Made by a program: the position numbers and the translations under genes | In this document: positions 22,401-32,271 of the stretch, in pieces | How positions within the stretch are numbered: the first letter of the stretch is position 1 | Layout of the letters: every line of letters begins with the position of its first letter | Notes under the pieces: generated by a model | Seen by the model: only the letters and a program-made list of their open reading frames with translations | What the model was told of the DNA's origin: nothing | Databases searched by the model: none | Virus record (IMG/VR): IMGVR_UViG_3300010163_000018 | Location: 9,668 to 73,667 of that record | Strand: one strand, 5' to 3' | DNA from: a virus | Lineage: Duplodnaviria > Caudoviricetes | Length of the DNA: 64,000 nt

Positions 22401-22778
22401 GTGGACCTGAATGACAAAACCGAAGATGATGATCTTAGCACTTTAGGTGGATTACGGTTTTCCAGAGATGGTTCTATCGCAATCCGACTTAATACGAAAG
22501 ACGATGACAACAGAACAGGCGACAGAGGTTTATCTATTGATGATCGTAATGTTCTTGGTGTGAGAGTCAATCCTGATAATAAGGATCTTAAGATTGATGA
22601 TAATGGTCATCTTATAATTGACCCTGAATTCAAGCCAACAATGAAGACATTAAAGATCACCGATAGTAAGGGTATGTCGGCAACATATAATGGATCCCAG
22701 GATGAAGAAATCATCCTGGGTCCGGGTCTCATATTTACAGAAGTTATTACTGGTGGGGGATCGACTGGTACATGGTAA
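19437..22778 (+). CDS. Long tail fibre/spike-like structural protein
   Basis: SVNGRTGVVVLNANDVGLGNVDN is a common tail-fibre motif; repeated GGL(R/S/G) beta motifs; start placed at ATG 19437 by SD spacing. Confidence 0.65.
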   Translation: MATNDRIQLKREEIVGNDVVLTDINPKSNTKSIDDTNSGVSLEKTIERLWNAINNKLSRIVNSVNGRTGVVVLNANDVGLGNVDNVSLADIKNWVIERTIQEFRNKRIELFNSLNEVDNLITQWNNDEAYADKPYYSHHGYDDDKRGYIGYIYIDPGTGRLTHTFDMVIDTVGWTDNSLVYNENINDKEFAETGGLGVNIWKYEDALELYNDASGNKAASGLRIDKSNISPKVHYFDGVYGNGDPNDSNALLFFDPNTFPSTNIKTVDIYVDGILRKCEGKEFPEGIITKFAGENIMRQRLKLYDIIVCNFSDKGYVAKTDDSNIEMLNPYMNPLLILRNPAIGQVTTAPTLEHPENNYVIEFYSLKPNVYKGLQEYTSSSRISIDSKYKANSIGLSLLETDEIRSWQLDPNVGGERVHYSGSPVNISGVNAFSPYSINYPRILGSTKDRKLSTVLPTGETSDIFKNNNDRNKSSSTYILPNFSLCVIPYKTYNSDNEKNLIKNWPVSAPTITDDPNETTEERSLLGINLDKIITSDGNAINNSGLRINTDKDLFTHSWYGMSDEFHKDEPVSNPNRSGGLSVNVGEFLEIGTYNESTPAEKKNFYNQGKVNVRIDRSKSLYNTGDNKIGVRVWSTLAGLPDGFKMPAGGIVHAKGSGNSSALSINPGKGIFFSGQDSFGVPMSYTSEKTLSINIIDTLNEDDYGISDDTLPDKRSHYGGLRFIIDDGHGGSSIGIRVNEDDTYIHQKVDSDGNPVFNDDGITPVYALYHTNRSKIHGYHTGTEGLRITDKNVLGIQLYNNDRDIEISRNPLRIKSFEEWLIENFAETPVRIPSEDGTGFNVERRLPEKCVVSKTAPENITSPNDKLVYLIDNSHEREYYRFIDYGEGLVATKLIHYYDQESNLPDPNDGETIQREHLGFCLFVVKGNPLTANESGKIKVCKLTAADTGPVYATLVDWITPPTGGLNLEYSKGLRTEHSQLFDVNRLTVDLNDKTEDDDLSTLGGLRFSRDGSIAIRLNTKDDDNRTGDRGLSIDDRNVLGVRVNPDNKDLKIDDNGHLIIDPEFKPTMKTLKITDSKGMSATYNGSQDEEIILGPGLIFTEVITGGGSTGTW

Positions 22779-22790
22779 AGAGGTGATTAA

Positions 22791-23255
22791 ATGTTCAAAT
22801 TGACTCTTGATTTAGATAAAGATTTAGAGGTGAATGCCGATAATCAAGTCACTATTAAATGTTCCGAAGAACCTGGGAATACTCTCGAAATCCGAGATGA
22901 TGGCCTGTATGCCGAAGCAACTCAGGGTATCGATGGAACCGGTGGCACCGGTTACACAAGAAAAGGGGACTATGAAGGTGTCAGAATAGGTTATGAATCA
23001 CCGTACGGGATGACGGAATCTTCACGTCGCGTAGTATTGACAAATGTTATACACCGGGTTTATACTGCCGAAGGGGATGACATTAATAATCTGAAGGATT
23101 ATCGCGTTAAAATAGATTATGTCCTTCCAGGGGATATTGTTCTTTTTAACGGCAATATCTATCTCGTAACATCAGTATCAATGAGTGGTGCTAATGGTGT
23201 ATATGGTTCCCCAGGAAACAGAATAAACTCGGCTATTTGTTTACAAGAGGGATGA
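22791..23255 (+). CDS. Small tail/collar protein, M(F/Y)KL paralog 1
   Basis: SD GAGGTG; N-terminal module ending GIDGTGGT shared with the next two genes. Confidence 0.7.
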   Translation: MFKLTLDLDKDLEVNADNQVTIKCSEEPGNTLEIRDDGLYAEATQGIDGTGGTGYTRKGDYEGVRIGYESPYGMTESSRRVVLTNVIHRVYTAEGDDINNLKDYRVKIDYVLPGDIVLFNGNIYLVTSVSMSGANGVYGSPGNRINSAICLQEG

Positions 23256-23259
23256 ATAT

Positions 23260-23589
23260 ATGTTCAAATTAGAAATCAATACAGATAAAAAATCTATTGG
23301 GCATGATTCTACTGGTGCTCTTTGTATAAAAATATCGGAAGCTGCTAATAATGGATTATCGTTTGATGGTGATAAAATAAAAGTCACCAAAGGTAAGAAC
23401 GGTAATCCTGGCACCGGTGGAACGTCAAATTTACCGGGCAATGGTATTGCCGGAGAATATAATAAAGGTATCTCCATCCTCAGAGCTAACTCGACAGTGT
23501 CACGTCTTAAAGGTGGTGACCCAACGTCTGGAAATGAGGGGCCATTGATGTCTGATATTGTTGTCAGAATAAAGAAAGGTAGCTGGTGA
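23260..23589 (+). CDS. Small tail/collar protein, M(F/Y)KL paralog 2
   Basis: MFKLEIN...GKNGNPGTGGT; operonic spacing. Confidence 0.7.
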   Translation: MFKLEINTDKKSIGHDSTGALCIKISEAANNGLSFDGDKIKVTKGKNGNPGTGGTSNLPGNGIAGEYNKGISILRANSTVSRLKGGDPTSGNEGPLMSDIVVRIKKGSW

Positions 23590-23595
23590 TAATAT

Positions 23596-24252
23596 ATGTA
23601 TAAACTAAATATTGCTCTTGGTAATGGACTTGGGTTCAATGATAATTCTATTACAACATCATGGTCTCAATCCAAAATTGATGATAAGGATATAAAACAA
23701 CCTGATGGGTTATATATACCTAATCTCAAAGGTGCTGATGGATCTGGTGGCGGTACAATAGTTGATAATCACACATTGAAAGAAAAATCTTTGTCTGATG
23801 GTGCCAGTGTCAACATTAATAGGGACGTCGTACAATTGATTTTTGCAATGAGTGTTTGTAAAACTCAAACTAATGGACGATATAATGGAAATATTCCTAT
23901 TGTCAGTGGTAAGAAAACGGCAACAGACATCAAGAATGAGATCAACTTTGTATTCGACAATGGTTCACCGAATCCATATACGACATATGCAGTTCGGAAA
24001 AACGATCTGCTTATGTTATACACGGGCGGGACCAATTCTTCCGGTGGATTAGCGCATACATTCAATAATGGTTATGCCATAATGGAAGACGGTAATAGAT
24101 ATGTTGATCAAACAGCAGTTGCCCTATTCATTGTTAACAGTGTTACCAATTCCGCTTCAAACGGATTGATTGGTTATGTTGAACACATAACCCTGGAGTG
24201 TCTCTGGTCCGCAGATGGATACTACACTAAAGGTCAGAAGCTCCAATGTTAA
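23596..24252 (+). CDS. Small tail/collar protein, M(F/Y)KL paralog 3
   Basis: MYKLNIA...DGLYIPNLKGADGSGGGT. Confidence 0.7.
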   Translation: MYKLNIALGNGLGFNDNSITTSWSQSKIDDKDIKQPDGLYIPNLKGADGSGGGTIVDNHTLKEKSLSDGASVNINRDVVQLIFAMSVCKTQTNGRYNGNIPIVSGKKTATDIKNEINFVFDNGSPNPYTTYAVRKNDLLMLYTGGTNSSGGLAHTFNNGYAIMEDGNRYVDQTAVALFIVNSVTNSASNGLIGYVEHITLECLWSADGYYTKGQKLQC

Positions 24253-24286
24253 TAAACTATTGAAAAATAAAAAGGAGGTTTTTTAA

Positions 24287-25639
24287 TTGAATGAGAATCC
24301 CAATATAAAAATTGAAGATTGTCTTTCATTTAAGGATAATTCAGATATAAAACACGGTCTCCGTGGTCATGTAAAAATCGTACTTGAGAACGTTGACACA
24401 AAAGAAAAGAAATTCTGGTACGAGGATGACAATATCATTCCTATTTCAGGATATCAGTGGATTCTGATGAAGATGTTTGGATTACATCTTGATTCCGTTC
24501 ATGATCCTCGTGTTAATTATGAAGACATGGGGCAAGATACATCGATTGTTATTCCTGATTTGAACAATGACGATCAACTCCGAATCGGCCGTAATCCCAA
24601 TGGAGAGTATGATCCTACGAATAATGTATTCAAGGGATATACTCCAATTGAAGAAGATATTCCTTCCAACCATTTCATTCAGGGATTCATGGTTGGAAAT
24701 GGCGGTGCTGGTGAAGATGCGATAACAACGAAAAACACGGACTATTCGTTTATCAAGCTTCGTAACCCGATACCGTTCCAACAGACAACGGGTTCAGAAG
24801 GACTTGATCCTTCAATATCAGGCAAGTACCTTGGTGTATATCGGCAGCCTGGTAAAGATGAGAAAAATTACTTCATCAAGAAATTCGATGAACGCCCGCA
24901 TATCTATCACAATTGGTGGAGAGATGGTCAACGTTGGGATTACCTTGATCCCGTACGTCAATCTGAACTCGGTCCCGATGGTAACGGTACAGCAAAGACT
25001 AACCGTATCGAAACATATGCCCAAGTGGAAATGTCTATTGACACGATGAATTCAGATTGTTTTGGTTATTTCCAACACGCTGGAAATGGAGAAACGGCTG
25101 TTATAAATGAACTGGGTCTCGTTGCCTTTGATACAGTCCCGGGTGAACGATCAACAATCGAGATGCTTTATAATTCTCGAATCAAAAGAGTCATCAACCT
25201 TATATTTGATAATAATCGTCCTGCTACTGCTGGTGATGAGCTTGTTGCATTATCAAAGGATATCGCTGAATGTCTCACTGCTATAATGGATAAGGTCGGA
25301 GTGACCCAGGGTAACATCAATAAATTCATCAGGTTGATGAGTGTATTGTCTTCTACTGATCCTGCATCAATAGACTATGAGGAATATCAGAAAGCTTTGA
25401 CATCTGTTGATAATGACGGTGTTCCTACAAGTATCGGCGTTGAAGCATTCTATAATCATAATGGTTCATTTGTATATGCAACTGATCGTTTCCTGGAATA
25501 TTTGAATTCTTCTGAATTCGGTAGCCTTACAACGGATGAGGCTCAAAGAATCAAACTCATTACATATTATACGTTTAATTCAATACCTCTTCAAGCCAAC
25601 TGGAAAGTATTGATCAGCTATCGTATATATGCTAACTGA
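24287..25639 (+). CDS. Virion structural protein (tail/baseplate region)
   Basis: TTG start after AAGGAGG; GHVKIVLE...NIIPISG...INELGL pattern typical of phage tail structural proteins. Confidence 0.6.
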   Translation: MNENPNIKIEDCLSFKDNSDIKHGLRGHVKIVLENVDTKEKKFWYEDDNIIPISGYQWILMKMFGLHLDSVHDPRVNYEDMGQDTSIVIPDLNNDDQLRIGRNPNGEYDPTNNVFKGYTPIEEDIPSNHFIQGFMVGNGGAGEDAITTKNTDYSFIKLRNPIPFQQTTGSEGLDPSISGKYLGVYRQPGKDEKNYFIKKFDERPHIYHNWWRDGQRWDYLDPVRQSELGPDGNGTAKTNRIETYAQVEMSIDTMNSDCFGYFQHAGNGETAVINELGLVAFDTVPGERSTIEMLYNSRIKRVINLIFDNNRPATAGDELVALSKDIAECLTAIMDKVGVTQGNINKFIRLMSVLSSTDPASIDYEEYQKALTSVDNDGVPTSIGVEAFYNHNGSFVYATDRFLEYLNSSEFGSLTTDEAQRIKLITYYTFNSIPLQANWKVLISYRIYAN

Positions 25640-25671
25640 TATTTGTTCTAAGAAATGGGAGATGTATATAA

Positions 25672-26274
25672 ATGACTACAAAAGAACAAATCATATCATC
25701 AATAGATGCTATAGATGAAACATGTTTCTTAATGGAAATGTCAATATATAATACACTGGCTGATGCATATGTCAAATCCTTATTGATTATGGAGAATTAT
25801 GATGGTGATGACATTGATAAGTTCTCTATAATTCAAGAAGGTAAGATTCTTGATAAAACAATCGGCAAAGGGAAAGATGAAAATATATTAACTAAAATCA
25901 TTAAATTTATCCCTCGGCTTATTGGAGCATTAATTGATGCTATAAAGAATTCAATAAATAATTTCCGTCGAAAGAGAGCAAATAAGTCCGTTGATAAAAT
26001 AATCATCAATTCTGATCCCAAAGGAAAAGAACTTCTTGAGAAGGCTTTAGAAGAGATAGGTTGTGTTGGAACAGTTGATGACGGTGTCTTGTCAGTTAGT
26101 CGCATTAAATCCATTGAGAAAGATCTGGCCATTGAATTCAAGGATGATGTGAAATTTAAAATAAGTGAATCAGGCATAATGAAGGTAGTATTTCCTTATT
26201 ATAAAATCGATCAAATCATTGATTTTAATAAAGACATAAACATCAAGATTGTTGGCATAAAAAAAAATGTTTAA
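25672..26274 (+). CDS. Leader-bearing head protein, 5' part of a gene split at an A9 tract
   Basis: Conserved leader ending FSIIQEG, then the amphipathic helix ENILTKIIKFIPRLI; stops just after A9 (26259-26267). Confidence 0.75.
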   Translation: MTTKEQIISSIDAIDETCFLMEMSIYNTLADAYVKSLLIMENYDGDDIDKFSIIQEGKILDKTIGKGKDENILTKIIKFIPRLIGALIDAIKNSINNFRRKRANKSVDKIIINSDPKGKELLEKALEEIGCVGTVDDGVLSVSRIKSIEKDLAIEFKDDVKFKISESGIMKVVFPYYKIDQIIDFNKDINIKIVGIKKNV

Positions 26275-27988
26275 CAAACAGAATTATGACAAACTCGTGA
26301 AGTCACTAAAAGAACTGGATCTGTCATTTAAAGGAATTGCTACAAACCAAGCAAATATAAAAGAGAAATCTTTTAAAGATATAAGTGCGTGGGATGATTA
26401 TATGAACACAGTTCTCGACGCATTTAATACGTTCTCTGATAGACTGTCTGTCATAAAGAAAATGTTTGATGATATGGATACTGACATTGACGGTATGAAA
26501 GCACCATTGGGTTCTTTGGTGGATGATATCAAAAACCTTCTTATCAAAACCCCTAAGGATATCAAGCTTATAACAGAACTTGATAAAACAATACATGAGG
26601 TATACGATGTCCTGACAGATCAATCTGCTGACAAATCGAAATATAAAGATTTCCTGTATGTAATACCCGACACAAAGAATCTTGTCAACATCAATAATTT
26701 TGACAATCATCATATAATTGCCGCCATCAATAAATTTAATGATTTTTATAAAAATGAAATCATTAAAAACGCAGGAAAAGATCCCAATGTTATTGCCAAG
26801 AATTCAAATGCTTTTAAAGAAGCAATTAATGAATTAAATAAACAATTCAATGTGGATATAAAAATAAATACGAATGTTAAAAATCTTGGAATGCAGACAA
26901 CGCCAGGTAAAATGAGAGGTGGATCCTCTCGCCAATTAACTGTCTCTAAAACAAAAGGATTTGATCTTGGTGGTGTAGAGATATTCATTCGTAGTGAATT
27001 ATATACGGATTGTATCCAAATGATTCGTCGTTCAGGAAAAATGATATTTGGGCAAGTAATGTGTAGCAGCATCTGTCATGAGATATTCCATAACATATCA
27101 TTTATGATGTTGCATGGTAATTCTGGTCCTGGTAAACTGTTATCGGCTATTACCAGTTTAACATCGGCTATTTTTGATACAGCTATGACTATCGAAAGAG
27201 CGGTATCACAATTCTTGGCAAAACTCGGTATCAAGTCAGAAACCGTCAAATATGAAAATATGATATCTATTATGATTAAAAATGTAACATATTCATCATA
27301 TGATAAATCATTATTCAAGACCATTTGTGACAAAATATTTGATAAAAAGATAGACGAGGTATCATTGAGAGAAGTTGATGGCATTCGTGAAATTCCTATT
27401 GAAGAATTAAAAAAGATGCCAGTCAATGTCAAGAAAATCGTTACTAAAGTTCTGACAATTGGAGTATTATTATTACTTGCATTAGGACGATCTGTGCCAA
27501 CAGTGATACAAATCCCTGCTGCTATTATTTTGGGACTTAACATTAGCTCACTGCTTGGTGGAATCCCACATTTTAGTCACGATAATGAGGAATCAATGGC
27601 GGATGCATTTGCAGCAATGTATAAATTACCAGTTGTATTCGGGGATACTGCGTTGGAGTCTAAAGATGGAAAGAATCGGTTTAAGTATAATAACACGGAC
27701 AACAAAAACGATGAACACCCCGCAACATATGACAGATCAGTTGTTGGTTATAATATGGCGAAAGAAATACTTAATTCTGGAGAAAAAATAAATCCTGAAT
27801 TGAAAGAATATCTCGAATTCATCGTAAAGGAATTTAACGGAGTTAATAAGGTTGAACGTCGGTTCACCAAGGATCAAATCAATAAATCTGCTCCGGAGTT
27901 CAATTCTAATATAAATTCTGCATTGAATGATTTCATTGCCAAACATAATATATCCGTGACTGAATCATCGTTAATATATGATACGTAA
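26267..27988 (+). CDS. HtpX/M48-like zinc metalloprotease, 3' part of the split head-protein gene
   Basis: HEIFH (27077-27091), hydrophobic hairpin, EESMADAFA (27587), HPATYDR (27716); no SD before ATG 26267; paralog of 61005-62630. Confidence 0.75.
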   Translation: MFNKQNYDKLVKSLKELDLSFKGIATNQANIKEKSFKDISAWDDYMNTVLDAFNTFSDRLSVIKKMFDDMDTDIDGMKAPLGSLVDDIKNLLIKTPKDIKLITELDKTIHEVYDVLTDQSADKSKYKDFLYVIPDTKNLVNINNFDNHHIIAAINKFNDFYKNEIIKNAGKDPNVIAKNSNAFKEAINELNKQFNVDIKINTNVKNLGMQTTPGKMRGGSSRQLTVSKTKGFDLGGVEIFIRSELYTDCIQMIRRSGKMIFGQVMCSSICHEIFHNISFMMLHGNSGPGKLLSAITSLTSAIFDTAMTIERAVSQFLAKLGIKSETVKYENMISIMIKNVTYSSYDKSLFKTICDKIFDKKIDEVSLREVDGIREIPIEELKKMPVNVKKIVTKVLTIGVLLLLALGRSVPTVIQIPAAIILGLNISSLLGGIPHFSHDNEESMADAFAAMYKLPVVFGDTALESKDGKNRFKYNNTDNKNDEHPATYDRSVVGYNMAKEILNSGEKINPELKEYLEFIVKEFNGVNKVERRFTKDQINKSAPEFNSNINSALNDFIAKHNISVTESSLIYDT

Positions 27989-28034
27989 ATATCTATATAC
28001 CAATTCAGATAATTTATGGAGGTGAATAATAAAC

Positions 28035-28619
28035 GTGATACCTGATAAAGTAAAACAAAATGTGGATGCCTTAATACAGGAAGTGAGTAATGTTGTACAA
28101 ACAAAAGTATCAAGCGTTCTCGCGGTGTATTCATCAGTGAAATGGAAGAATGTATCATTTACAATACCTACGATACCCGTTCCATCACACAGACCAAGAT
28201 TATCTGGATATAGGGTTTATGTTCCCGGTGCTGCAAAGAACCAGTCGTTCTTCAACAGAAATGTTTTACCTAAACTCAAGGGGTTGTTTATTACGACCCC
28301 TTGTAAAATAAAGGTGGATATATATTGCCCAACACCGAAGTCTTTCTCTAAAGCGCAACAGATACTCGCCGAAATGAGGATACTGAGACCTTGGGTTAAC
28401 ACTGGTGATGTCGACAATTACGACAAAGCAGTATTCGATATGATGCAACCAAATGAAAAACGTGGTCATATCGGAATAATGAGCAATGACTGTCTTATTA
28501 TCGAAAGTCATACGAATAAATATTATTCTGTCAATCCCCGTTATGAGGTTACCATATCATACATGGATAAAGTCCCTGATTCAATTTCATCTACACTGAG
28601 ATTGAAAGATAAATCATAA
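28035..28619 (+). CDS. rusA: RusA-like Holliday junction resolvase
   Basis: HRPR N-terminal motif; GDVDNYDKAVFD and NDCLI acidic motifs of the RusA family. Confidence 0.8.
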   Translation: MIPDKVKQNVDALIQEVSNVVQTKVSSVLAVYSSVKWKNVSFTIPTIPVPSHRPRLSGYRVYVPGAAKNQSFFNRNVLPKLKGLFITTPCKIKVDIYCPTPKSFSKAQQILAEMRILRPWVNTGDVDNYDKAVFDMMQPNEKRGHIGIMSNDCLIIESHTNKYYSVNPRYEVTISYMDKVPDSISSTLRLKDKS

Positions 28620-28646
28620 ATTAAACTAACCAAGGAGGTTATTAAC

Positions 28647-30566
28647 ATGGCAAAAAATACAGATGTATTGAGCCAATTCGCTTCCGCTGGTAATGACGCT
28701 GTCGGTCTTATTAATAGACTTGACGACGCAACCGGTAAATTCCAACCTGGGAAGAGAAAAGGTTCGATTGTCAAAGCCGCACAGGGGAATGTATTTGAAT
28801 TCCCTGTATTCTTTTCAAACAGCATTCCTGTTGATTATGCTGAAGCGGTATCATCATTACTTGAACAAGTATATGCTGCATATCTCCAGATGGCTATATC
28901 AATCAACCCCGTCGTCGATGCCGATTCCATTAAGAACGGACTTCAGTTCGCCGATTACAAAACAAACACCAACAAGTATCTTGAATGTGTTGACAGTGAT
29001 TTCCAGAAGGATGCATGTCATGCTGTCTACCAGGAGGGAGCATACAAATTTGAATTCGACATGATGTCCATTGAAGATAGAGATGCTCGTATCATCAATG
29101 AATCTGTTAATTATCAACCTTTGTCTGAATTCTCACATTTCTTCCAAGAGGCTGAACATCCTGATTCATATTATGAAGAAAGAATCCCACTTCCAAAACT
29201 TGAGACCAATGATGCAACGGGAAGACCGGAACTCGTCCTGTTACATTCCGGATTTTCAAATCAGATGCCTCTATATGATGTCGAACGTGATAAAAATGGA
29301 GAGATCGTTTATGGTACATTAGACGAAGTACGTATGAGACTTGTCAGTGCGGCCAAAGTTGATACAAACGAGACCGATAATGGTAAAAGAAAACAGGAGC
29401 CTGCATATGATGCGTATATAAGATCTGTAAGAAATTATAAACTGGCAATGCCGGCTCAGAGCGAAATAGATAAGCTTTCAAGAGCTGAGGATGATTATTT
29501 GAGAAACAATTCTGATCCTTTAGGAAATAGGCTTGATACTTTAAATGAAAGACGATTTCATGCAGCACGGGCTGATGAAAAGGAGGCCCAGGCTCGTAGG
29601 GCTAACAGTCCATATTACCGTACAAATGATGCTATTTCTACCGGTGCTAATACAGTAGGATCTGTAGCAAACGCAGTTAAAAACACAACAGATGCAATAT
29701 ACAATGTGGGAACTCTTGGTACACGTATCAAGGATACAAAGCTCAATCATGAAGTTCTCAAAGACAGAGTTGCCAATCTTGATACTGATAGGGCTCTCAA
29801 GAAAACTGAAGTCATGGCGAAAACAGCTGCAAAGGCACCTGAATATGTTGATGACGGTAAGTGTGCAAAACTCAATACGATGAAGCCGCTGTTGATGCGT
29901 GTAACGATCAACATGCTCAACAAGGACGAGTCACTCCAGCCTATCAACTACATCGTTGGTGTTAAGACACATAACCGTGTCATTCCTGCAAGCATACTTC
30001 CGGAAGTTGCTCGTTATCCTCTTAAGGAAATGGACAAAATCGCCAGAAAGATCAAGTGGAGAGCTGGAGAAATCAAGTTCTTCAAGGATCTTGTGTTCCG
30101 TATAAAAGAGAAGAAACAGACTGCCGCTGACTCAAGGGATCCCAACAGAAAGTGGTATCGTCGTCTTTATGAACTTGCACATATGAAGGGTGATGCTCCA
30201 GCCACAGCAGTTGTACAGGGCAAGTCTCTGTTTGCAACATTTATTCGTGATAAACAGGGTAAGGGCAATATCAAGAACGGTATGATTCCGAATGCATCGA
30301 TTGTTATGTCTCAAGCTGACGTTGATAACATTAAACGTCAGACAGAGATTAATCTGCTCAAGGGATCAACTGCTAAGACTTTCTGTAGAGAGTTATTCTT
30401 GATAAGCCTTGTTATTATAGACACGGATTCGGAGTCTATTAAGATAATGCTTCCTGATATGAATAATGACTTTGATGTACATTCTCTTGGTGCTGTAAAC
30501 AAGCAGCTTGCAATGCTTGACACAGCCGGTACAAAAACAAGAGACATGTTCAAATTACTTGGTTAA
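28647..30566 (+). CDS. Virion head protein with internal FFQEA site
   Basis: 639 aa, SD AAGGAGG; carries VYQEG, IINES and FFQEA motifs. Confidence 0.6.
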   Translation: MAKNTDVLSQFASAGNDAVGLINRLDDATGKFQPGKRKGSIVKAAQGNVFEFPVFFSNSIPVDYAEAVSSLLEQVYAAYLQMAISINPVVDADSIKNGLQFADYKTNTNKYLECVDSDFQKDACHAVYQEGAYKFEFDMMSIEDRDARIINESVNYQPLSEFSHFFQEAEHPDSYYEERIPLPKLETNDATGRPELVLLHSGFSNQMPLYDVERDKNGEIVYGTLDEVRMRLVSAAKVDTNETDNGKRKQEPAYDAYIRSVRNYKLAMPAQSEIDKLSRAEDDYLRNNSDPLGNRLDTLNERRFHAARADEKEAQARRANSPYYRTNDAISTGANTVGSVANAVKNTTDAIYNVGTLGTRIKDTKLNHEVLKDRVANLDTDRALKKTEVMAKTAAKAPEYVDDGKCAKLNTMKPLLMRVTINMLNKDESLQPINYIVGVKTHNRVIPASILPEVARYPLKEMDKIARKIKWRAGEIKFFKDLVFRIKEKKQTAADSRDPNRKWYRRLYELAHMKGDAPATAVVQGKSLFATFIRDKQGKGNIKNGMIPNASIVMSQADVDNIKRQTEINLLKGSTAKTFCRELFLISLVIIDTDSESIKIMLPDMNNDFDVHSLGAVNKQLAMLDTAGTKTRDMFKLLG

Positions 30567-30581
30567 TGAGGTGGGATTTGA

Positions 30582-31583
30582 ATGTTTAAAAAAGATAAGA
30601 ACGAAGCATCGAAAGACCATGCATATGTAGCTGTCGAATCAATGCTTAATAATCTGAAAAGGCTCTATTCAAACAAGAGTGATGAATTATACAAATGCAA
30701 GGGTGATATTTCAAAATCACCCTCATATTATCTGCTTGAGGCACGGGTAGCTAATCTATCTTCGGTTAAAAAGTATCCTGCTGCCGAAACACAAGCATTG
30801 AAAAACATGTTCAATGTGTTACATCGTCCAATCTTCAATAAGATGGTTATGGAGTTCTTGAACAAACCTGAAGAAAGAAATATCATCTTCACAGCGTTCT
30901 TCACAACGGGTTACAGAGTTCTCGCTGGTGAACTTGCCCGAGTATTTACTTCTGTCAAGGCAACTGATAAGGGGTTCATTTACCATCCGGATAAAATATC
31001 TCGTAAAGAGAGTACAATGAAGTTTATCAAAAAATTCAACAATGAACTTGAAAAAGGTATTGATGATATGATTAAGAGAGAACACAGACCAGTACAGGAA
31101 GCTGCAATCTTGAGTGCCGTAACAGATGTGGCAAATCTTGCGGTTGGTATGGTTGAAGGTGTGTTCGGGGTTATCAATGGAATATTCCGTTCTGCAGCAT
31201 CTCTCAATCCTATTTCTTTTATGAGTGCAATCCTTACGAGAAGTTACGACAAGAAAGTCGAGAAGTTCCAAAAGGTCGCCAAAGAATACGAAGTAGCATT
31301 GAAATTGTATGAGGATTACAAGAAACTTCCTGAAACAAACAGAAGGGCTCGTCAGGAACATAAGTACGCCAAGATCGTTGAGAAGTACAATATCAAGATG
31401 GAGAAGCTTAAGGCTGAAATTGACCACTATGATATGCGTGCTAAAGAAGAGGCCGAAGAGGATATTGCGGAGATCAAGAAGAAAAAAGATTCGAAGAAAA
31501 CTGAAACGCAAAACAATTCAGACTCCAAGGATTCTGATTCTTCATCCGACGACAATTCCGACAATGATGGTTTTGATTTCTAA
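30582..31583 (+). CDS. Virion head protein with internal PVQEA site and coiled-coil/acidic tail
   Basis: 333 aa; RPVQEAAIL followed by an amphipathic segment; acidic C-terminus. Confidence 0.6.
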   Translation: MFKKDKNEASKDHAYVAVESMLNNLKRLYSNKSDELYKCKGDISKSPSYYLLEARVANLSSVKKYPAAETQALKNMFNVLHRPIFNKMVMEFLNKPEERNIIFTAFFTTGYRVLAGELARVFTSVKATDKGFIYHPDKISRKESTMKFIKKFNNELEKGIDDMIKREHRPVQEAAILSAVTDVANLAVGMVEGVFGVINGIFRSAASLNPISFMSAILTRSYDKKVEKFQKVAKEYEVALKLYEDYKKLPETNRRARQEHKYAKIVEKYNIKMEKLKAEIDHYDMRAKEEAEEDIAEIKKKKDSKKTETQNNSDSKDSDSSSDDNSDNDGFDF

Positions 31584-31601
31584 ACAAAAAATATGTATAT
31601 G

Positions 31602-31630
31602 AATCAACGGGGCGCAATGCCCCGTTGATT
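31602..31630. terminator. Bidirectional terminator between convergent genes
   Basis: AATCAACGGGGC-gcaat-GCCCCGTTGATT perfect 12-bp stem. Confidence 0.8.
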
Positions 31631-31642
31631 ACAATACTAAAC

Positions 31643-31810
31643 TTAATAGTTTACGATGTACGCCTCAGCCGTTGCGCGATCCATACTTGAACGGACGTCG
31701 TCATCGCAAGGAACTTCAATATCCTCTACATCATCAGGCTTACTGAGTATGTGTTCTCTGATGTCTGCAAGAACCATTCCGATGAGTTCACCATAGCTGC
31801 AATTATCCAT
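31643..31810 (-). CDS. Small acidic hypothetical protein, 55 aa
   Basis: Start at ATG 31810 overlapping the upstream stop (TAATG), with GGAGAG upstream. Confidence 0.6.
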   Translation of the reverse strand: MDNCSYGELIGMVLADIREHILSKPDDVEDIEVPCDDDVRSSMDRATAEAYIVNY

Positions 31811-32271
31811 TACGTCTCTCCTCCGCATTTTATGCTGTTCGAAACCAGCTGTAAGTCCTGTTTAAGCTGTTCGATCTGTGCATACGAAGCACTGGTTCTG
31901 GCGAACGCGATACGACTCTCGTACGTATCTTTTAACTCCGCATAATTTGGGTAATGTTTAGCGAATATATCCCCAAGACCGTATGTCATAAATCCGTTCT
32001 TATCATTGATGATATCAAACACGATGATAGAACAGTTGGCCTTAATAGCCATTTTGATAAAATGTTCAGCAGATACATATGTGTCATGGTTCTCCAGAAT
32101 TACACCAACAACATTTGATGAATCGGTGAGCGCACTTATCTGCTCGGGACTGTAGACCTCACCAAGTAAGGCTTTGAAGCCTTCAACAGCAAAACCAAAC
32201 ATGGGTAATGCACATGTATAGTTTACTTCAGTTGAGTACTCTGATAAGGAATACATTCTAATGTCTTTCAT
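31810..32271 (-). CDS. Hypothetical non-structural protein, 153 aa
   Basis: SD AAGGAG; AT-rich promoter-like region upstream. Confidence 0.7.
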   Translation of the reverse strand: MKDIRMYSLSEYSTEVNYTCALPMFGFAVEGFKALLGEVYSPEQISALTDSSNVVGVILENHDTYVSAEHFIKMAIKANCSIIVFDIINDKNGFMTYGLGDIFAKHYPNYAELKDTYESRIAFARTSASYAQIEQLKQDLQLVSNSIKCGGET

